Shown here piece by piece: positions 25,685 through 40,174 of a stretch of DNA of 64,000 nt. Both the position numbers and the translations under genes were made by a program. Source of the stretch: Heterodontus francisci (lineage: Eukaryota); assembly GCF_036365525.1 (NCBI RefSeq), contig NC_090392.1, positions 58,653,247-58,717,246 on the forward strand, read 5' to 3'. Under the pieces are notes generated by a model. That model had not been told where the DNA came from. It searched no databases and saw nothing but the letters and a program-made list of their open reading frames with translations. Positions within the stretch are counted from its first letter, which is position 1. The number at the start of each line of letters is the position of its first letter.

Positions 25685-27639
25685 GCTTAGAGCCCTTTGT
25701 TCCTGGAATCAGCTTACTAATTCTTTTCTAAACTTGCCAATGTTCCCGCGTCCATTCAAAGGTGGAGTATCCAGAACGGCACACAGTATTTGAAGGGTCA
25801 TCTTGCCAATGAGTGACAGAGTTAAAATAGCTTCTTTTCAACTAATGATTAAGCTATATCCAAACGTTTGGTTAGTCTTATTGAGAACATGAACTGGACA
25901 CTGCCACTGAATGGTCAGTAGTCAGTCTTCCTCATTCATTTTTGCTACTGGACGCAATTTACTATGTATTAAGCATTAATATTTCATTTTCTCCTGTTCT
26001 AATCTGATTTTGTTTGTATCATAACTGTAGCTGATCATGATAGTGAAAGGAGAAAGAGAAATACAAGGCCACTTATATAACTATATAAAGCCACTCTGGA
26101 CTAAGCAGCAAAATAATCTCCATTGGATAAGGGTGATTGGTAAACTAGCATTAATATTATTCAAAAAGCAACTAACTGTATCGCAATGTCATTGGTGCTA
26201 ATGTGTGCACTATCACTGGGTCAGCTCTGTTCCTGGTAAAAGGTAACACCACCTTCACTATTGGACAGACTGCAAAGCCAAATCCAACATATTAGTAATA
26301 ACAGTGCAACTATTTTGGTGCTTTTGATAAGACATCGACTTGTAATCAAGAAAACAACTGTGAACTAGAAGACTGCTTTTGAATAGATACAGTTATGTAA
26401 GGATTGAAAGTTTAGCAGATTCCATTAATACAAACACATTTCAGATCAAAAGAAAAAAATTCACTAATGCCTCAGCAAATTCTTCCTTTTGATTTCTTCT
26501 GCCATTTTGCTGAAACGTTGAGAGGTTGTTGGGTTGTACTAAATCTTTGTTTGGAGGGTTGTTGTCCAATGATGTCTCCTTGTGTGCTATGGATTATTTC
26601 AGGCCCTGTTTTTTGTCAGAGTATTGAAACAGTAGCAAATGTTTGGCTTTGGTACTTGCCTTAATTATACTTGTCTTCACCTTCTCTGGAGTTTGTCTAT
26701 ACCTTGCTACAACATGGACAGTAACTCAATCATCTCTGCCTCCATCACAAGGACTGCATATATTTTCCAGCACAAGTTTGAATCACAATGTAAAATATGG
26801 TATTACTCAGAGATTTTCTCTTTTAAACAAAAGGATTTCATTAAACAATTTTCTTAAATTATAAATAGAAATAAATTAAACAGCAGATGCTAGCAAACAG
26901 CAATTGTGTTAGATAACTTCAGTTAATTCTAAAGAAAGCATATAAAATGAGAAGAGATTGATCAGCTGTGCTAAGAGGACAAAAGAAAAAGCTGTAATTT
27001 GTCAAGTGTTGAGGATTACGTCTAGTAAAATTGTGCTTCTCATTTTCAAATTCGATACCACAATATTATCTGCAGCATGTTCTGTTTGTCCAGATGTTGC
27101 TCTATCTCCCCATGAGGTGTGTAAACATCAGTTATTGTAATGTCACATCCTGAGGCTCTACCAACGTGCAGATTTCATTTAGGATGCAAGATGTCTGCCG
27201 GTCCCAATTATTTGCATAATTCAAAGATCATGCAGACCAGTGTATTTGATTTCCTGTCACCCACAGCCCCTTCAGTCAATGTAATACACTTTCACAATGC
27301 TCCTCCAGTTAGTATGTTACACATGACTGCATAATTGTACCTTAGAATGATACACACAGCTAGGGATTACTTGGCACAAATAATAAGTTGCTGGCCATGA
27401 ATGACACCATCTTGGCTAGTGAAGACGAGGTACTGATTGAGGACATCTCTCTTTAAAGGTTATTTGCTCTTAGTGGTTAATTTGTTGATACTAGACTTGT
27501 CTGTTCTTGATATCGTATCCTATCAATAATTTTTTCTTTATGAGGGGTAGAATTTATAATGAAATTCATCCAAACCGAAAAATATATTGTTCCAGTAGAA
27601 TTAACAATGGATAAGTGCTAGATTTAAAACAAAAATCTT

Positions 27640-27825
27640 GGAATGTGCATGTTGCTGGCAAGGCCAGCATTTATTGCCCATCTCTAGTTACCCTGAGAAG
27701 GTGGTGGTGGGCCAACTGAGTAACTTGCTAGGCTACTTCATAGGGCAGTGAAGAATCAGTCACATTATTGTGGGACAGAAGTCACATCTAGGCCAGACTG
27801 GGTAAGATTGGAAGATCTCCTTCCC
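27640..27825 (-). mobile_element. Partial SINE of the 53265-53672 family
   Basis: ggccagcatttattgccc...gtcacatctaggccagactgggtaag is shared with 53265-53672. Confidence 0.6.
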
Positions 27826-29509
27826 TGTTCATAATGCAGGGTGAACTGTTCCTGATTTGAGAAGGTATAACTCATTCTCCAAGAGCTAAAGTTATTATAA
27901 TCAACCTCCTTTAATGGTTAGAATTATTCTAAGAATCTTCATCATCGCTTCCATAGATTCCTTTTCCCCTTCAGTATTTCCTTTTGATTTTCTCCTGGTC
28001 TAATAGTTATTTTAATAATAGGCCTCAATGCCAAAACCAACCCTGTCTTACATTAACATCCACTGAAGAGTGATGGGGAATAGGAATTCTGGCTGGATTT
28101 TCTTTTCCTTTGCCAGGAGGCACTGAAGTCAATTGTAACACTACCAGTTGCTATTCTGATAGAGATTTGATGACATATCAGGGATCAAACATTCACCTTT
28201 CCGGGTCAACATGGCTTAAAGCTACACCATGTGATGCATTTACCAACTGACCCATCGGTAGGTGGAGGAGGGGAAGTCATTTGTACCAATTGCATCTTCC
28301 TGAGAATAGATGCTTTGTGGTGACATAATTTATTTTTCATTTCTGTCCATGAAAAGGAGTTTAGCCTGTCCAAAGTAGTAAAAGTCTTGTGAAAAAGCCA
28401 CAGCGTAACAACATTTGATGGAAGCAGGTAGGAAATTCTGAAACATATAGATGACATCAGATATTCCATAAAGGAATGTGTCAGCGCAAATATCTTCCTT
28501 GTTATCCATTATTGCTTATAAGTGACTGCACATATACAACAAAACCTTGATAGGACATTCTTCATTCAATGAGGGGATATTAAACAACAATGTAAGGCTG
28601 TCTCCTATGATGGGTATTGGTTATGACTGCTAATCCAGATAACACATTTCTTGTAGAACTCCTAGAGATGAAAAGGCTTTGCTGTAGCTGATCCTGGAAG
28701 GGCACAAATGGATATTTGGGAAACTAAAATCTACAAGCTTGTAGTAAAACAATCTGAGGTTCAAGGATCTACTGCACCCTTTCTTATTGTTTATTACATT
28801 GACTGAATGGGCTGAGATGTCTTATTTTTCAGGAAAATGAACTTTGAACTTTGCTCTAATCATATTTCTGATTTCTGAGTCACAACGGTCATGATGAAAC
28901 ATTTTTGTGTGCTGTTGATATCACACAGCCTATTGCTGTCTTTAGCCATACCTTGTTATAACTGCAGAGCCTGGAGGCATATTTTAAAGTGCTCTGTTTT
29001 AACACAACAGTGTTTTTAGGAGGAAGGTTCTTCATGGATGAAGTTCTGCCAACTGAAAGTGAACTGGAAGTGAAAGTTTTGATGCCAGTGAACAGCCCTG
29101 TACTAACATATAAATTGGAAATTGTAATCACAGTCCAGTGCAACCTTAAACAGTTAGTTTGAAGCCTGGCCAGCTCATTTTGCCTCTAAAGCTGAAAGCT
29201 GAACTAACACAGGTTTTGCCTCAGTCATACTACACATTTTTTATCACTGCAAACGAAAACTGGTTCATGGTGACATTCTAAGGAATCCTTTTCTGACTGC
29301 GCTCCCAATGGGCACCCTGGCCTGCCAGGAATGAGGATTGGAAATATAGATACATGCGGCATGTGATTTTCTAACTGTTGGAATCAATGGTGTGAATAGC
29401 ATAAGCCTATTTCTGATAGGCCCTATCACCAGCCGAGGCTCCACACTGGCAGCACAGCTTTGAAATTATCCCTTAAATGCAAACTATAATTGCCCTAGAA
29501 AAGGAAGAA

Positions 29510-29930
29510 ACTTGAAAGAAAGCATTTACATTGATGTATAGCTCCTTATCATATTCCTTTAGGAACACTTCCAAACACAAGGACTTACTTTGAAGTGCAA
29601 TCACTATTAGGTAGGTGAACATGGCAGTTATTTTGCAAACAGCAAGATATGACATGCAGCAATGAAATGCATGACCAGTTAATGTGGTTTTGGTGGCACT
29701 GGTTGACGGAAAATATTGACTGGATAAACTGGTTTCTTTTCCTCGAATGATAGCATAGGATTGTTACCATCTGAGCCACTGGAATGGGAAGAACGGTTCT
29801 TGGATTAACATCTCATCCAAAAACAGCATCTTCAACAGTGTAGCGCTCCCTCAGTATTGCAAATGAAGTGTCATTCTAACTTAAGGGCTTTGGTCCTGAG
29901 GTGGAGTTTCAATGCACAATTTTTTAAACT
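29510..29930 (-). mobile_element. SacSINE1/Deu-SINE-like SINE
   Basis: Antisense match to 46198-46625 (ttaacatctcatccaaaa...ctccctcagtattgca). Confidence 0.6.
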
Positions 29931-32519
29931 CACAAGAAAGAATGAAACCGAGGCAAGCTGACACTTCCTTTGGCTTCTGTGTGCTGAAATGGAGTCATAA
30001 ATACATGGATATGTGACTTGGAACACTTTGCAATTTTTTTGCTATTTTTTGTGCTCAACCTTGCTGCCCAACATGGAGTACTTACTGAGAATGCTTTATC
30101 TTGGATATTGGCTAGATGCAGAGAAGCTGCTCTATTCATTTGAAGAAGTGCTTAACGAGGGATCGTTCCTTTCTTATATTACTTTTAACTAGACTGTCCA
30201 CAACAAGTGCTCCAGGATTACTGAGGCAGGATAAGTTTCAGAATGAGCAGGGATAACCCACCAATTCCAAATCCATGGTCACATAAGCAAACCACATGCA
30301 ATCAGTAAGGCATAACAGGACTAAAATCACACTATGCATAATTGCTAACAAGTTATCACCCTCAGTACAATAGAGAATACTAGAATCTCATACAAATCTA
30401 TGAACATGTTTATTACTAATATCACTTGGTGTTGCTTAGTGTCCAGGTATCTGAAGGTGCTTATCTCATCATGTGACCAGAATTCCTTATTTCGTCTGGA
30501 ATCCATTTTTCAGATTTCCATGGACTTGGGCCAGACTTAAAGTTTGGAGCCTCAAATTAAATTTTTACTGGAGTATTTGATGCACCCAAATTTACATTGG
30601 TTCTGACCTTGGACTCATATGCTACACTTCTTCCTACAGGGCACCTTTTGTATAGTTAAATTCACTAATATTGTTAGAACAAAGGCACACAAAAATGCTG
30701 CAGCACACCACATTCTGAGATGCATGTGTGAACCTTCTGATCTATGTCTAGCTGGGCTAGTCCTGCCGAACTAGGGAATGCTTACTGAATGACAGGCCAA
30801 CTAACAGATGACATTGCTACTTACAATAATGTCTAAGGAGAAATGAAAGGTTTAATGTTGCAGCTGGGACTGTTCATCAGATTGGGCCCAGTTCCAAAAC
30901 TGTATCGTACTTTAAGCATTAACCTTTTCTTCCTGTTTCTGATTGCCTTGCTATTTCCAGCATTTTTTTTCATTACTATTTAATCATGGGTTTGATGTGA
31001 TTCTGAGTCCCTCTCTGCGCAGTGAATATACTGTAACCTCAGGTTAGGATCATTTTGTACTGAAGTAGGGCGTCCTTTGCAGTTCCCGTATCATCCATCT
31101 TTCCATACTTAGAAGAGATGATGCTGAATCTGCTGAAATCTTTTCTTGTGCACATAAACCTACAAAAAACTAAAAGCAGATTACCCATGTGTTCCATAAT
31201 TTTCTTACTGAAATGGCAGGGAGACTATCACTCACAAGTAGCAGTAAAAATGTGGTCCTATAATACTAGTTAGGTCCACTTAATATAAAGCATTGCTCTG
31301 TCTATGTACGTGTATCACATCCACTAGGTATGGCCTTCATCTATATATATATAATATATAAACATAGCATCTTTGATGCATTCCTTTTGAATGTAGCATT
31401 CCTTGATGACTCAGCCGAGCTAAACAATTCACCCTTGTGTACGATCTCTTTTCTCTTGCTAATCTGGCCCAGTAAGCTAAACTTCACAAGGTTCACACAG
31501 GTACCTCTCAAACTGCAGTGATCTTCCAAGTATGAATATGTACTACTGGAACCAAGCTGAAGAAATAAGAGCCTTGTTCATTAAGGGTGTGCCAGCTCAT
31601 GAATTACCAAGTCTTGAAAGAGCCCTTCAAAAAGGGGGATGAACATGACAAGTTCACAGAGTGTTACACGCTTCATGGTAACCTTGAGTCAATATCCATG
31701 TGGTCTAAATGAAGGTGGAATACAATATGCACACATATAAGGAATAAACAAGTAGGTACAGGCTCACGAGGTATGTAAACCAGAACATTCCATCCCTTAG
31801 GTCTCTTCAGGTAAATGGTAGAAAAAGTTCATTGTGTTAACTCACTATTACGGCCCAATCTTCTTCACTGCTTCCCTGTATCTTGTAGGAAGCTTTTTAA
31901 GGCCAGTATTTATTTCTGGTTTGGTATTCACACTGAGTGCATGCATCCTCCTTTTCCCATGCAACAGAATGCATTGCAACGGAGCCACCTTTGTGGGCAT
32001 ATACTCACACATACAAAGAAACCTATCCTCCTCAATCATAAGTCATAGAGCCTTGCCAAATGAAGTCACAGAACACAATCTCTATTTCAATTATTATGGT
32101 TCATTTCTCAGGAATATCTTCTGTGCTTTGTCCAGTTTAATTATCTGGCAACAGGACCTGTTCTTTATCTTGTCGCGTTAAGTACATAATCTGAAATTTT
32201 TGCTTTTGCTAAAAATAAAACCACTACCATTTTATCCATTGCATGTGTGGTGAGAGAACAGAGCAATCAGCTTGTAGCCAGATTTAAGGTCAATTTGTCT
32301 GCAAGAAAAAAAATAAGTTGAACGCAAATGCTTGTGAACTTGCTTTAATTCTTGTGTATTAATATGTTGATGTTTTTATCAGAGTAAATCTAAATGACCA
32401 AAAATCTTAAATTTTACAGCACTCTGATTGAAAGATGGAACACAAATTGAGCGTTGTTGAAAGCAGACAATAAAAACACCATTTAGTTTCATGCATCCTG
32501 TTCTTGAAGTCTCACCCCC

Positions 32520-32945
32520 ATAAACGCTCTTCTCACTGACCTATACTGACTTCCTTCAATACATCAAATTTAAACCTTCAAGTCCATCTTTAATTCCCTC
32601 TGTTGCCTTGCCTCACCCTATCTCTGCACTTTCCTCCACCTCTATATTCCATTCTCCTGCAGAATTACTTCTCTGAATCTGGCCTTTAATGCACTCGTTC
32701 ACTTCCCGCACCCATAAACTAGTGTCAGGGTCTTTATAGTCAGGGTGGAATCTCTTGCTAAATCTTTTCACCTTTTTCTCCTTTAAAAACCTTTCCAAAA
32801 CCTATTTCTTCAACCAAGGCTTTGGTCAACTGTCTCTCTTCTTGACTTGCAGTCTCTCTTCTTGACTTGCAGTCTGCTTTCCGCATAAGTATATTAGTAC
32901 CATGCGACATTTTTATATTAAAAGAACCAAATAAATGCAAGGTTT
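32520..32945 (+). mobile_element. L2-like LINE 3' fragment containing a 20-bp tandem duplication (32832-32871)
   Basis: L2-type 3' end; GTCTCTCTTCTTGACTTGCA occurs twice in tandem. Confidence 0.55.
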
Positions 32946-34054
32946 TGTATAGTGGACCATGAGTTTTGTCATTTGTGCCACAGCCAGCAACAGCACCACT
33001 ATGTAAATGGTGTGCAGCACCCATACCACTGATGGCAGCAGGATCTTCAATCGAAAAATAAATGCAGAGGACCTTTCCATCACAGCCCTCAATGGCCGTT
33101 ATACTTTGGGCTCCAGCAGATTAGGTGACTGAAGCATTCACCTCTGCCCCATGCAATCACCTGGATGTACCTGCCTCAAGGTCTGGGTTGCTACATTGCT
33201 ACCTGTTAACTCGTTGCAAAGAACATGCAGTGTGATGAGAAATGGGTTTCAAGGCATCGTGTCAAATTCAGGAACCAAATGGTACATTATAGGGGTAATT
33301 TGTAAGGCTCTTTTGCTAGTGTAGCTCCTTGTTAGACATGAGCACAAGCTGTAGAATCAGCAGCACAACCTCACCTTTAACCCACATGTCAGCAATGCAG
33401 ACTCACAAAGTTAGTCCTTATATCTGAAAGTATGATCAACTGGAAAAGAAACTCTCTCATCTATTACTCAAGCATATGGGGACAATGTAGCTTCTGCAGT
33501 ATGCTTTTGTCAGGTACTTCAGTTTTTGGTTGGGCATTATGGAGATTTCTAAAGCGTAGGACGGGCACAAAAATCTGATTTTAAAATAGACATTTCAGTT
33601 TTCCTAGTAACTTCTTTGTTCATGATGTGGAGACACTCGTTATTGCATCATGTTTTCAAAGAATTTTCGTCACTGGGAAAGCAAATTTTAGAACTCAAAA
33701 CCATGGCTTACATTTCCTGATGGCATCTCGTTCACGGGAGAATCTTACTCATTGCATATTGAACAATCACAGGCAACGTACCACAATGTGTTTTACAGTG
33801 TATAACTTTCTTTCCTGTCAATACGCACTTGGAAAATTTAGGCCCATGATTCAAAGAGCCAGCACAAGTACGATGAGCCAAATGGCCTCCTTTGATGCTG
33901 CTTCATTGTATGATTCTGTGATGGTCTTATCTCTTGCCCTGCCCCCTGGTCTTTTGACTTTGGGCAGCTGTGGTGATCCTAACAATTCTTCACTTATATA
34001 GTGTGTCTGACTAACAATACAGCATCCTGGGAAGACATGTGCTAAAGTACACTT

Positions 34055-34765
34055 CATAGAATCGTGGAATCTTACAACACAGAAGGAGGCCATTTGGCCC
34101 ATTGTGTCTGTGAAAGAGCTATAAAATTAATTCCACTTCCCAGTATTTTCCTCATAACACCACAAATTAGTCCTCTTCAAGCACATGTCCAATTGGATTG
34201 AATGGCCTGTGCTGTAAATGCTTTGTATTTCTTTGTAATTGGCCTTTGAAAGTTACTATGGGACATGATTCCCTGACGCTTTCAGGTAGAGCGCTCCAAA
34301 TCTTAACAACCTTCTGTGTGAAGAAATTTCACATTTCCCCTCTAGCTCTTTTGCCAGTTATTTTAAATGTATGACCGCTGTTACCAACTTGCTCTATCAA
34401 AACCCCTCATAATATTGAATATCTTTATTAGGTCTCCCCTTAGCCTTCTTTTCCCTAGGGAGAACAATCCCATCTTCTCCATTCTCTCCACATAACTGAA
34501 TTCCTTCATTCCTGGTATCCTACTGGTAAACTTCCACTGTCCCCTCTTCAGGGCCTTGCCATCCTTCCTAAAGTCTGGTGCCCAGAATTGTACACAGTAC
34601 TCCGGCTGAGGGAGTACCAGTGATTTTAAAGGTTTAGCATGACTTCCTTGCTTTTGCATTGTGTCCCTATTTACAAACCCAACAATTCCATATGCTTTCT
34701 TACCTGCCTTACCAAATTGACCTACCTCCTTCAAGGATTTGTAAATATACACTCCCCTGGTCCCT
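34055..34765 (-). mobile_element. CR1 3' fragment abutting the B3GAT1 post-stop splice donor
   Basis: ORF 34381-34752 (EYCVQFWAPDFRKD...RRLRGDLIKIF). Confidence 0.8.
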
Positions 34766-34792
34766 TGGCTTTCTTAATATTTACCTGTGCAT

Positions 34793-34879
34793 TTATATTT
34801 CCACATTTGGATCTGTGAAGCCTTTTTTGCCTTCGTTCACCAGCACAGGTTTCTCAGTCCGTGTGTGCCAAACTAGTAT
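34793..34879 (-). CDS. B3GAT1: B3GAT1 last coding exon
   Basis: tttccaCAG acceptor. Translates ILVWHTRTEKPVLVNEGKKGFTDPNVEI then TAA. A CAG|GTAAAT donor follows 8 nt after the stop (exon end 34785). Spliced CDS is 336 aa. Confidence 0.96.
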   Translation of the reverse strand: MLVWHTRTEKPVLVNEGKKGFTDPNVEI

Positions 34880-35164
34880 CTGTGGAAAAGAAAAGATGAA
34901 GATAAGAATACAATAATAATTCTTATAATAATAAGAATACAAGAATCCATAATAACATAACACCCAATAGGAATTCTACCTTCAAAGCACTGGGTTTGAT
35001 CTCTGTTCCTAGTCAAAACAATGCAGAACCATTGAGCTGTGCCAATAGTGCAGATTACAGAAACTAAGTTGTGTAATTTCTCTATGATACATTGTGTAAG
35101 TTTATGGGCATCAAGGATCCATGGAAAATTAGATTTAATTTGTATTTTCAAAAAACAAAGGCAA

Positions 35165-36100
35165 TAGAGTCATAGAATCAAACAATCCATCATGTCTGTG
35201 CCTGCTCTTTGAAAGAGTTGTCCAATTAGTCTCACTCCCTGACACTTTTCCCATAGCCCTGACAATTTCTCCTTTTCAAATGTATATACAATTGCCTTTT
35301 GAAATTTATTCTTGAATTTGCTTCCACCAACCTTTCAGGCAATGCCTTCCAGGTCATAATATTCACACCACACAAGTGCCAGGTAAGGACCATCTCCAAC
35401 AAAAAAGAATTAAACATTTCCTCTTGATGTTCAATGGCATTCAATCGCTGAATCTTAACATCAACATCCTGGGGGTTACCATTGACCACTAACTTAACTG
35501 GATTAGACTGTGGCTACAAGAGCAGGTTAGAGGCTGGGAATTATGCCGTGAGTAACTCATCACTTGACTCCCCAAAGCCTGTCCACCATCTACAAGGCAC
35601 AAGGCAGGAGTGTGATGGAACACTCTCCACTTGCCTGGATGAGTACAGCTCCAACAACACTCAGGAAGCTCAACACCATCCAAGCCAAAGCAGCCCACTT
35701 GATCGGTGCCTCATCTACCACCAGCACACATGGTTGCAGTGTGTACCATCTACAAGATGCACTTTAGCAACTTGCCGTGCCTCCTTTGACAGCATCTTCC
35801 AAACTGGCGACCTCTACCACCTAGCAGGACATGGGCAGCAGACGTAAGGATATACCACCACCTGCAAGTTCCTGCTCAAGTCGCACACCATCCTGACTTG
35901 GAACTATATTGCCATTCTTTCACTGTCGTTGGGTCAAAAACCTGGAACTCCCTTCCTAAATGCACTGTTGTGCACCTGCGTCAGATGGACTGTAGTGGTT
36001 CAAGAAGGTGGCTCACTATCACCTTCTCAAGGTCAATTAGGATGGACGACAAATGCTGACCTTGCCAGCGATACTCACATCCCATGAATTAAGAAAACTT
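35165..36100. mobile_element. CR1 3' end (-, 35165-35355) joined to a fragment of the second LINE family (+, 35355-36100)
   Basis: WKALPERLVEA remnant; YKAQGRSVMEHSPLAWM remnant homologous to 14270-15305. Confidence 0.7.
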
Positions 36101-39100
36101 GCTGCGTAATTTAATTTTTGCCTCATTTTTCCCCCTGAAATTTTTGCTAATTATCTTAAGTCTGTATCCTTCAATTACCAACCCTATGATGTGTTAATAG
36201 GATGTAAATTGTTCAATAATCTGGCATCATTAGGACCTGCATGCTAGTGAGATCAATTCAGGTAAGTTGCCTTCCAAGATTTTATTAATGGTTTGGTACA
36301 ATGACTTGCTGTAGTAATGTGATATGGTACATAGCAATAGGCTATGGGTTCTTGTACTTGACTGGGCCATCAAAGGAGGTATCATGTGTAGGCCAACCCC
36401 TTCCTCTATACCCCTGGAGGGATAGAAATTCAAAGCCAAGAAACTGTTATGATCTACCAGCAGTGGGTCACCGAATGCCACATACAGAGGCCCAGTCGGA
36501 GATTGTCAACCTATCCTCTCGGCTGGGGAAAATAAATTATTGTTCTGAACTGATTTCAGCAGTCTTTGTAATTCAATAAAGGAATAACTTTATTCGTGTC
36601 TTGAAACAACATAAGATGCAGCAACATCTAGCAGCTCTTAGGCTCTGCTAACAGAAAAGCATCTTACAATCCGCTGTCTGCAGTAGTATGGTTCAAAGCA
36701 CTTGATTAAATTAATTAACTAATTGTAAAGGATTGTCTCCAATATACATATTCAACAGATTACAGTCACGTGTTAGCCATAGGGTTGCTTGAAGCCCTAC
36801 ACAATTGATGGCCGTCACAGGACATGGATTGTTTATATGGCAAAATGATCAAATTGTTATCTAAACAGACCACCAAAGCTGTTCAGTTGGGATAGACATT
36901 TTTTAGTTGGCGGAGGCAATTTTTGTTCTGGTGGTTTGCTGTCCAACTGCTTACCCATGTCTCAAACTATAGTACTGCCCCAGGTGGCCATGGAATAGAA
37001 ACATGTAGTTCATTTGAAGCATTCACCAACCGGTGGGAGCCAAAGGCATCAACAGTTTCATTAACTGCAATTACTAAAATATCATTTAAAATCACTGCCA
37101 CACATTTTAATTTCAATGGGTCATTAGTGACATTGTTCTTTCAGGGGGATACTTGGAGCTGTTCTGGCAGTGCCCCTGTCCCTTTTGGTCTGAACCAAGC
37201 AAAGGAGTATTTCTAAATATTAATGTTACGTCTTTACAGAAATTGTGTGTGACCTCAAGAGACAGGAGAAACTAAAAGAGGGGAAAAGATTAAAGAGAAA
37301 AAGGACATAGCTGTTTTTATTCCATAAGAATTGTTGGCTGAACATCTAACAAGGTGCTCGATAACATCTGGGAGATGCAACACTAAACTGAGATGTCATG
37401 CCCAATATCAAGGCCTCAATATTTCATACAACCACTTAACCCTGAAGAGTGCGTTATAAATTTGCCCCTGATTCCTAGTCTGATTCCTTTTACTGGAGAA
37501 AGGCCATTGGAAAATTAACACAAATTGGATGCAAACGAGTAAAAAAAACTTCAAAAGCCATTATATATGGCAGGTCAATCAGAAATAGGAAAGACAAGTT
37601 GACAATTTGTGGGGAACCCTTCATCCAAAGAGTTTGAGTAAATGAGCCCCTGCAAAGCATTAAGATGTCTTTCTCTTTCACAAGCTGTTCATGTTTACAG
37701 TTTTCTGTAAATAAGAATGAAGTTCATTATGAAAATTATTTAAATGTGAAACACGACGAAAGATAAAAGGAAAGCTTGAGTCTTGATATTGCAGAACCAG
37801 CACAAACACAAATAGCACCAATTTTAAAATGTACTAATGTCACTAGACTCTAGTTGAGATAAATGGTTATGTATTCTTCAGCAGCATACATAATAATTAT
37901 TTCTTCCTTGTAGTGTATCTACCACAGGAGTGTGGACATTTTCATTTTGACAAGTTACAGTGTAAGGCAAAAGAAAGCTTCCTGGCATCTGACTCCAGAT
38001 TTCGGGTGCTTTGAGCAGTTCAGTATTGGAAGAGAAATGGAACAAAATTTGAAGGAATTGTTGCAGTAGAAAAGTGAGCAAGGGAAGAGGTGTTGTTTGA
38101 TAGAAAAGACATGGTTGATTATACTGAAGCCATGTTGGAGTGACTTATATTGTGTATTTAATGCTTTAAAGTGGCAACATGAATCACTGTAGTATTCTGT
38201 TAGAAATTATATCATAGATGTGAACTGCAAAAATTGAATTTTACCACACAGTGTTTTACATAAATCTTTAAAATAGATAACTCATTTTCTACAGTTCATC
38301 TTTCCCCAAAGCCACCTTCATCTCTTTCCTGTGCTTTTTTTCCTCCCTTCAATGATTCTGTACTGTATTTATGCATTAAGAATTGTGAGGCAGTTAAATC
38401 AATACACACACCAGAGAAAGGTGCCTTTCTGGCTGAGCTGACTATGCGGGGAGCTATAAGAATGAAAGTTCATCCTTTGGTGGATATGTAGGTTTAACTG
38501 CAAGGAGCACCAGGGAACCTCTATTTCCTTTCAATATTTCTTTTATCTTCTCTTTTCTTCCACCAGTTATCTCCCCTCCTTCCTTCTCTCCTGCGGGCAC
38601 CAATTTGGCGCTGGAGTACTCCACGAGCAGGGCGCCGCCCTCACTTAAAATGCCATTTGAATTCGTGAACCTATACCCACCTGGCTACAGGAGGCATCAC
38701 TGCCAGACCTCACCCAATGTTCTCAAAAGTGCACTTGCATCAATTGGTGTTGGTGATTAGGAATGAAAATCTGGCTCAACCCACTGGAGCCAATTGTTGT
38801 CCTTACTGTATTTTCAGATGAGATCAGCTAACACAATACAGGTAAAAGACCTACCTTCTCTGTATGGATCAGCTGCTTGCTGCCTTAGCCAGCAGAGCAC
38901 TTCAAATGTTTTCACAGAGGCAACACATTAATACTTGTTGCAGCCATAGGTTATTCGTAAATGCAGTTCTACCACCTTGAGCGTTCACAGGTATGGACAG
39001 GCTTTTTCGGGAGGCCACTGACCTCTTTGGGGTATATTTCTACATGTGTAGGTAACCCTCCAGGAACATACTGAAACTCTGAAAGATGATGTCTGAAGTG

Positions 39101-40174
39101 TAACATCTTGAAGTATGAACGTTCAAAGTAAATGATGGAGATCATTTATTTTATGTGCTAATTACACTACATTCCACATGGAACAAAATGTTGCTACTGT
39201 CAATGCATGTTGTGTTATTGGGCTACCAGTATTTTCCTGACATGTACCTCACTGTTGATATACATCACACAAATATTCCTCTTTCCCATTTTGTTCTGCA
39301 CAATGGACCGCGACTCTTCACTTAGATTTTATTCATACTGAGAAACCTTCCACACTGACCCAGCAGAGTGCCCTTGTGCAAATGCCTGAAACATTGCTTC
39401 GTGAACTGAGCCAGGAGTGAGACAAAGTCAGTAACTGAATCTCTCGTGTTTTCAAGGTTTTCTTTGTTGCCTCAGCAGCAGGACCATATAACACAGATGC
39501 CATTTCTCACCACTGTATTGTGCCTTAGGGATTGCCCTTCCCTCTTAGACTATTCATTCTGTCTTAATATCAGCTTAATGCAAGCTTTATGGGCTCCATA
39601 CAAAAAAAATTACAAATAACATTTGGAGCAGATGTGGTTTGATGAGGTATAAATATCATTCCAAACACAACCTCAGTAAGCCACTAAACAATGAAAAAAA
39701 CATGCCTGACAGACATAGCAGGATATAAGCCATACGAAATTATTACAGGAAAAATAATCAAATTATGAACAAATAAGCTTTTAGCGTGACTTGACAGCAG
39801 CCACTTAGTGCAGCAATAAGAGTTTTTCAATAAACACAATGGGATGGTGAAGGGAATAAACCATGTAATTAACTGTAGAACTTTAAAGCACCCCAGTATT
39901 TGGCTGCAATCATCTCCTTAGTTTCAGGAAAACGATGGGACAATTGACAGGTGTTTGAGTGATTGTATTAAAAAAGCCAGTTTTTCTACTGCATTTTCTG
40001 GGAAAAAAAGATTTTCGTTTTTGCCCTACAACTTTCCTCACGCAAAATGCTTTGTGATTGTAATGCAAAAATCACAGAGATTGATGCCAGGCCCTTTCTG
40101 CCTTCTCACTCTCCTCGCCAACTGCTGTAGCATTTCTGCATCATTAAAAGATGACATTATCCTTTTAGCTAATT

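Larger units (their letters stand above)
24500..25950 (-). mobile_element. Old CR1 fragment split by a hAT element
   Basis: CR1-like antisense sequence (ctcctcatagcttagag|cccttt...; cacagtatt) resumes after the TSD. Confidence 0.5.

Noticed and set aside
36975-36990. Second CTCF-like motif (ctgccccaggtggcca)
   Set aside because: It needs several mismatches or a gap against the core consensus.
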